Shown here: positions 59,283 through 64,000 of the stretch, one piece after another
Position numbering within the stretch: position 1 is the first letter of the stretch
Layout of the letters: each line of letters starts with the position of its first letter
Assembly: GCA_965246715.1 (NCBI GenBank)
Contig: CBDFFH010000047.1
Coordinates: forward strand, 96,001 to 160,000
Length of the DNA: 64,000 nt
Direction of reading: 5' to 3'
DNA from: Chamaesiphon sp.
GTDB taxonomy: Bacteria > Cyanobacteriota > Cyanobacteriia > Cyanobacteriales > Chamaesiphonaceae
Notes under the pieces: model-generated
The model's input: the letters and a program-made list of their open reading frames with translations, nothing else
What the model was told of the DNA's origin: nothing
Database searches by the model: none
Program-made: the position numbers and the translations under genes

Positions 59283-59852
59283 TCACTCAAATTCAATATC
59301 CTCATAAATCTGTTCGATCGAAATTGACAAATCGATACTTTTTAGCTCAATCGTATCTCCCGACTGATAATTAATAATTTGCCAGTTATCCCCATCAGTT
59401 CTGCGAAATAGTTCGATCTCTATCGTATCCGCACTGACTAATACATATTCTTGCAAGCTAGGATTCCGGCGGTACATTTTAAATTTATTACCTCGGTCAT
59501 AAGCTTCAGTACCAGGAGATAAAACTTCGACAATTAAACAGGGGTAAGTAATATACTGAGTGGTAGTTTTATCTCGATCGTCGCAAGTGATACTCAGATC
59601 GGGATAGACAAATTTTGTAGACCCTACGATACCAACCCTACAGTCAGAATTCAGTGTTTTGCATCCACGTCCTCTCATGTGAGCCTTGAGCAGAGCACCA
59701 AAGTTCAGCGCAATAGCACCATGATTAATTGTGCCACCACTCATGGCATAAACTTCACCATCGATATATTCATGGCGCTCTAATTGTTGTTCCTCCCAAG
59801 CAAAATATTCTTCAGGAGTGAATCGTCGAGAATTATCCTCGATCGCAACCAT
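59283..59852 (-). CDS. Uma2-family (PD-(D/E)XK-like) endonuclease
   Basis: RHEYIDGEVYAMSGGT..H, YPDL, LIVEVLSPGT..DRG.KF..Y, LQEYVLV. Confidence 0.92.
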   Translation of the reverse strand: MVAIEDNSRRFTPEEYFAWEEQQLERHEYIDGEVYAMSGGTINHGAIALNFGALLKAHMRGRGCKTLNSDCRVGIVGSTKFVYPDLSITCDDRDKTTTQYITYPCLIVEVLSPGTEAYDRGNKFKMYRRNPSLQEYVLVSADTIEIELFRRTDGDNWQIINYQSGDTIELKSIDLSISIEQIYEDIEFE

Positions 59853-59924
59853 TTTAAAACCTCAAATTAACTTAGATTAGATAGTATATCGGTTCCTGTT
59901 TCCTGTTCTCGTGAAATACAAAAG

Positions 59925-60671
59925 TTATATTCCTGATGCAGTGAACGCTCGATCGAGATATGTAACGATGTCTAATTTCTCTGCCCATTGTCTGAGATAG
60001 TTGAAATCTAACTTCGATTGTTGGACTTTAATGACACCCAAAACATCCCGCCATTGTTTTTCCGATCGATCGCCCTGTCCCCAAACTAACTTTTGTAAGA
60101 TGATATCTTCAGGACTATAGACCCAGATGCGATCGCCTGTTGGCAATTCAAAACTAATTCGTCGATCTAGCTTGGAGATCGAGAAGGTATCAGATTGTGA
60201 AACAAAGAGATCGATTTTTTCGGCACTAGCCAAACTAATGGCATTAAAAGAAGAATATCGACCCGAAACCGCATCAGCGATCCCCACTTCGCTAATATAA
60301 AATTGCGGCATTAACGCAGCAATTAGCTCTGGTACTCGATCGGGTAGAAGCACGATAACTAAATCTAAGTCTTCACTGTAACGCGGTTCGCCCCATAGAG
60401 AACTTGCCAGCGAACCGCCAACATAATAAGGAATATCACAGAGATCGAGCAGCTTAGAGATATTAATTGCTAGTGAAATTGGATCTTCGACCATTTTTTT
60501 AATCGGACTTAATTCTCTAATACTGCGATCGAGCCGCTGCACCCGTAGTGCCTTTTGCTGTAGGGTTAATTGTTGTAGATGGTGAAAAAATAATACATCA
60601 GCATCGATACTGGTATCGATCGATTGCGCTCGATAACCACTCTTAACTGTTGTGACTGGAATAGCTGGCAT
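59925..60671 (-). CDS. Nucleotidyltransferase-fold protein with an N-terminal small-partner domain
   Basis: YYVGGSLASSLWGEPRYSEDLDL (GS..DxD), KIDLF, SPEDIILQKL, SEKQWRDV; N-terminal QSIDTSIDAD segment. Confidence 0.7.
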   Translation of the reverse strand: MPAIPVTTVKSGYRAQSIDTSIDADVLFFHHLQQLTLQQKALRVQRLDRSIRELSPIKKMVEDPISLAINISKLLDLCDIPYYVGGSLASSLWGEPRYSEDLDLVIVLLPDRVPELIAALMPQFYISEVGIADAVSGRYSSFNAISLASAEKIDLFVSQSDTFSISKLDRRISFELPTGDRIWVYSPEDIILQKLVWGQGDRSEKQWRDVLGVIKVQQSKLDFNYLRQWAEKLDIVTYLDRAFTASGI

Positions 60672-60683
60672 AGGATCGAGATT

Positions 60684-61700
60684 TTAAGATATCTGATGAC
60701 GTTGTAAAATTATCATCTCGCGTCCGACGACTGGCGATCTGGCGATCGATCTCCCCTGAGCATCTTGAATATCTAGCTTGCTAAAATTATTAGCCTTGGC
60801 TTGATTCCACATCCGATCGACGATATTATTCTGACGATCGGCATCGAGAGTATACCAAACCGGATCGAGCTGGACGATTAAGCGATCGCGGGCCAGATCG
60901 ACTTGTAATGTCTGAACGATTTTATCTGGATACTGGCTGGTAATATCGGCGAGCTGAGTCTGAATTGCCTCGATAAACGCCTGCTCGGGACTAATTTGTG
61001 GCGCACTGGCAAGCTTGGGTGGGGCTGTGACGGATGTAGCTGGCACTGTGGCAACTGATGGATCGAATCCTGGCAACGCAAAACTATCGATAAACCAGAT
61101 CGTGACAGTTACCAATGCAATGACAATCGCTGTCAAGATCGGATCGGATAATTGGCGCACTGAGGCTGGGAGGATGCGGCGGAGTTGGTGGATTGTCGCC
61201 GTCCACAAACCCACAGCTCGATCCATTGGCGTAGTTGCAGCGATGCTGGAAGTAAGATTATCGCTACCTGAGAATGTCGGCTTCCGGAGATCTTCATCCC
61301 AAACATCTTCAGTTAGCGATCCGGATATTGGCTCTTTACCCCGGCGTGCTTCTTGGCGGTTGCTATTTTTTACCGTCGCGGCGGGTAATGCCTCATCCCA
61401 ATTATCTGGATCGGGAGTTGTAAATGCTGACGGGGGTGCTACTGCTGGCACGATCTGTTGCGGACGTAAAATTGGGTTATTTTCATTTTCTAATTCCTCA
61501 GCATCAGCCCAATTAGTCTCTTCATCATCGTCATCGTAGCTGGCAGTACTGGAATAATCTGGTAGATCGATATCTTCTAATCGATCGCGCTTATTATTAC
61601 TACGATTATTGGGATTAGCAACTTCTGGCGCTGGAGTTTTCTTTGCAAACCGCCCAAATAATCCTTGCATGAGTTTACCTGTTCTCGATCGGGGTGCCAT
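60684..61700 (-). CDS. Hypothetical single-TM cyanobacterial protein
   Basis: Acidic disordered N-terminus, one TM helix, C-terminal domain ending DAQGRSIARSPVVGREMIIL. Confidence 0.7.
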   Translation of the reverse strand: MAPRSRTGKLMQGLFGRFAKKTPAPEVANPNNRSNNKRDRLEDIDLPDYSSTASYDDDDEETNWADAEELENENNPILRPQQIVPAVAPPSAFTTPDPDNWDEALPAATVKNSNRQEARRGKEPISGSLTEDVWDEDLRKPTFSGSDNLTSSIAATTPMDRAVGLWTATIHQLRRILPASVRQLSDPILTAIVIALVTVTIWFIDSFALPGFDPSVATVPATSVTAPPKLASAPQISPEQAFIEAIQTQLADITSQYPDKIVQTLQVDLARDRLIVQLDPVWYTLDADRQNNIVDRMWNQAKANNFSKLDIQDAQGRSIARSPVVGREMIILQRHQIS

Positions 61701-61969
61701 AATTTAGATTGCTTGCACGAATCGCAAGTTTTTAAGAGTGTTTTGCCATACCACCATGTTGGAATTGAATTACCTTGGTTACCGATCTCGCAAAAGATCG
61801 AATGGCGCGATCGATCTACCTTGATGAGTGCGATCGAGAATAGTTACGATGTCTTTGCTTGACTGAGGAGATCTAACTCATTGGCCTTATGCAGTCGACC
61901 TCGATTATTTCAGCTCCATCTTAATCTATTATCTTTGCTAGGTCAGCCAATTACAAATCATCAAAATTT

Positions 61970-62890
61970 ATGAGTACTAACCGCCGTCGATTTTTGATTG
62001 GAGCTGGCTGCGCTGGCTTGGGTTTGGCTGGGGGTGGCAAACTGCTCTCCGATACCCTAGCTGCCAACCAGCTCGACGATCGAATTGCCTCCGTCCCCGT
62101 ACCGAAGACTAAATTACTCCAAAGATTTGCTGTTGTTGCCGATACGGGTAGCGGCGATATCCATCAATATGCCGTCGGCCGTGCTTTAGCTCGCTACCAT
62201 CAAGCAAAGCCATTCGATACGGTGCTGTTAGCTGGAGATAATATCTACACTAACGGAGAATTTGCCAAGATTAAGGAGGCGTTTGCGATTCCTTATGAAG
62301 ATCTCCTGCAGCGCGGGGTAAAGTTTTATGCCTGTTTGGGCAATCATGATGTGCGATCGGAAAATGGTGATCGCGAAGTCGCTTATCCACAGTTCAATAT
62401 GCAGGGTAAACGTTACTATACCCACGGTAAAGGGGATGTCCGATTTTTTGTGTTAGAAACTAACTCGATCGTCGATCCTCGCTCGGCAGATCGCCAAACC
62501 CAACTAGCTTGGCTCGATCGCGAGTTAGGGGCGAGTAAAGCTAAGTGGAATATCGTCTATGGACATCATAATATTTATTCCGATGGCCAGTATGGCATCA
62601 ATGAAGTGATGCAACGTGATGTCACACCGATCCTCAAAAAACACCAAGTTAAATTGTGGATTAACGGACACGATCATAACTATCAACGATCGCAGCCGAT
62701 CGATGGCACGACTTATCTCGTATGTGGTGGTGGTGGTGCCAGCCTTTACAAAATCAAAACCAGTCAGATGGCATTTGCCCAAAGCGTCCACAGCTTCGGC
62801 ATTGTCGAAGTCTATTCAGACCAAATCCTCTTGACTGGAGTAAATAGCAAAAGTGAAATAATCGATCGCGGCTTAATCAAATTTGCTTAA
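61970..62890 (+). CDS. Tat-exported metallophosphoesterase (purple acid phosphatase-like)
   Basis: NRRRFL Tat motif; ADTG, GDNIY, GNHD, GHH, GHDH. Confidence 0.9.
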   Translation: MSTNRRRFLIGAGCAGLGLAGGGKLLSDTLAANQLDDRIASVPVPKTKLLQRFAVVADTGSGDIHQYAVGRALARYHQAKPFDTVLLAGDNIYTNGEFAKIKEAFAIPYEDLLQRGVKFYACLGNHDVRSENGDREVAYPQFNMQGKRYYTHGKGDVRFFVLETNSIVDPRSADRQTQLAWLDRELGASKAKWNIVYGHHNIYSDGQYGINEVMQRDVTPILKKHQVKLWINGHDHNYQRSQPIDGTTYLVCGGGGASLYKIKTSQMAFAQSVHSFGIVEVYSDQILLTGVNSKSEIIDRGLIKFA

Positions 62891-63055
62891 TCTCCTCACC
62901 CACAAACCACATCTCTGCGTTCTCCGTTCTCTCCGCGCTCTCTGCGAACAGCAAGAATACCCCCGATCGGCTACAATTATTCATAGATATTTACAATTTT
63001 TTGTAAATCTCGATCGGCAGCAACAGATCGTACTAGAGTTCTAACTCCACAATTT

Positions 63056-64000
63056 ATGAGCATTCCCATTCGTAACGTAGCCATCATCGCGCACGTAGAC
63101 CACGGTAAAACTACCCTTGTTGATGCACTTTTGAAGCAATCCGGTATTTTCCGCGAAGGGGAGGACGTGCCTATTTGTGTGATGGACTCCAATGACATCG
63201 AGCGCGAACGCGGAATTACCATTCTGTCCAAGAATACCGCTGTTAAGTACAAAGAATTTCTGATCAATATTATCGATACCCCCGGACACGCAGACTTCGG
63301 TGGTGAAGTCGAGCGTGTATTGGGAATGGTTGACGGTTGTATCCTGATCGTCGATGCCAATGAAGGCCCGATGCCGCAAACTCGGTTCGTACTGAAAAAA
63401 GCCCTGGAAAAAGGCTTACGTCCGATCGTCGTTGTTAATAAAATCGATCGACCTCAAGCCGAACCCCACAAAGCTGTCGATAAAGTTTTGGATCTATTTA
63501 TGGAACTCGGAGCTGATGACGATCAGTGCGACTTCCCCTACCTGTTTGCCTCCGGTTTGGCTGGCTATTCCAAGAATACATTGGAAGAAGAAGGCACCGA
63601 CATGGAAGCCATGTTCCAGGCGATTCTTCACCACGTTCCAGCTCCAGTCGGCGACCCTGAGAAGCCCTTGCAATTGCAAGTTACGACCCTAGATTATTCT
63701 GAATATTTAGGTCGGATTATTATCGGAAAAATTCATAATGGCACCATCAACATGGGTCAGCAGGCTGCTCTGATTACGGAAGATGGCACGATTACTAAAG
63801 GCCGAATCACTAAGCTGTTAGGCTTTGATGGCTTGAAACGGGTGGAAATCGAGAGTGCCAGCGCGGGAAATATCATTGCGATCGCTGGATTTGCGGACGC
63901 AAACATTGGTGAGACGATTACCTGTCCGAATACTCCGATGGCGCTACCGATGATCAAGGTAGACGAACCAACCCTTCAGATGACCTTCTGTGTCAATGAT
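63056..64000 (+). CDS. typA: Translational GTPase TypA/BipA (runs off the window end)
   Basis: Manual translation [62 protein letters not shown]. Confidence 0.95.
   Translation, partial: MSIPIRNVAIIAHVDHGKTTLVDALLKQSGIFREGEDVPICVMDSNDIERERGITILSKNTAVKYKEFLINIIDTPGHADFGGEVERVLGMVDGCILIVDANEGPMPQTRFVLKKALEKGLRPIVVVNKIDRPQAEPHKAVDKVLDLFMELGADDDQCDFPYLFASGLAGYSKNTLEEEGTDMEAMFQAILHHVPAPVGDPEKPLQLQVTTLDYSEYLGRIIIGKIHNGTINMGQQAALITEDGTITKGRITKLLGFDGLKRVEIESASAGNIIAIAGFADANIGETITCPNTPMALPMIKVDEPTLQMTFCVND

Noticed and set aside
62889..62946. Yfr1 sRNA (ACUCCUCACAC motif)
   Set aside because: Only a partial match (TCTCCTCACCCAC) with no flanking hairpins; the adjacent sequence is a simple CTCTGCG-type repeat.
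62977..63957. Short ORFs near the window end
   Set aside because: Shadows of typA on the plus strand.

Overview
64-kb chromosomal window from a cyanobacterium. Evidence: psbEFLJ, psaI, ycf48-rubA, rpaA, nblS/hik33, very dense CGATCG/GCGATCGC (HIP1-type) sites, heptamer STRRs and a cyanobacterial PEP-CTERM gene. These features fit a Chamaesiphon-like lineage (inference). Most of the window is housekeeping or signalling genes: murD, gltX, mnmE, typA, menH, photolyase, a phytochrome/cyanobacteriochrome hybrid kinase cluster and a RexT-trxA-nitroreductase-OYE redox cluster. The most striking element is a complete IS110-family element (4229-5491) inserted at a CT core inside a perfect 46-bp REP-like palindrome. 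Its 5' non-coding end contains a readable IS621-type bridge RNA whose target loop (ATTGCCCCT / GTAG) and donor loop (ACAGTATC / TACAAG) match the actual insertion site and element ends. Around it is a nested repeat ecosystem: MITEs with 6-bp TSDs carrying REP doublets, into which TSD-less 47/51-bp mini-elements (GCG...CAAGACA) and 24-27-bp SDR-like units have inserted. Other notable items: a complete ISL3, a decayed patU remnant, a candidate structured RNA after nblS, a GluR0-like channel lacking the GYG filter, a pseudokinase, a frameshifted PEP-CTERM gene, and a gene copy collapsed by deletion between GATCGAG sites. No rRNA, tRNA or CRISPR array was found. All family calls come from motif recognition by eye; no database searches were run.
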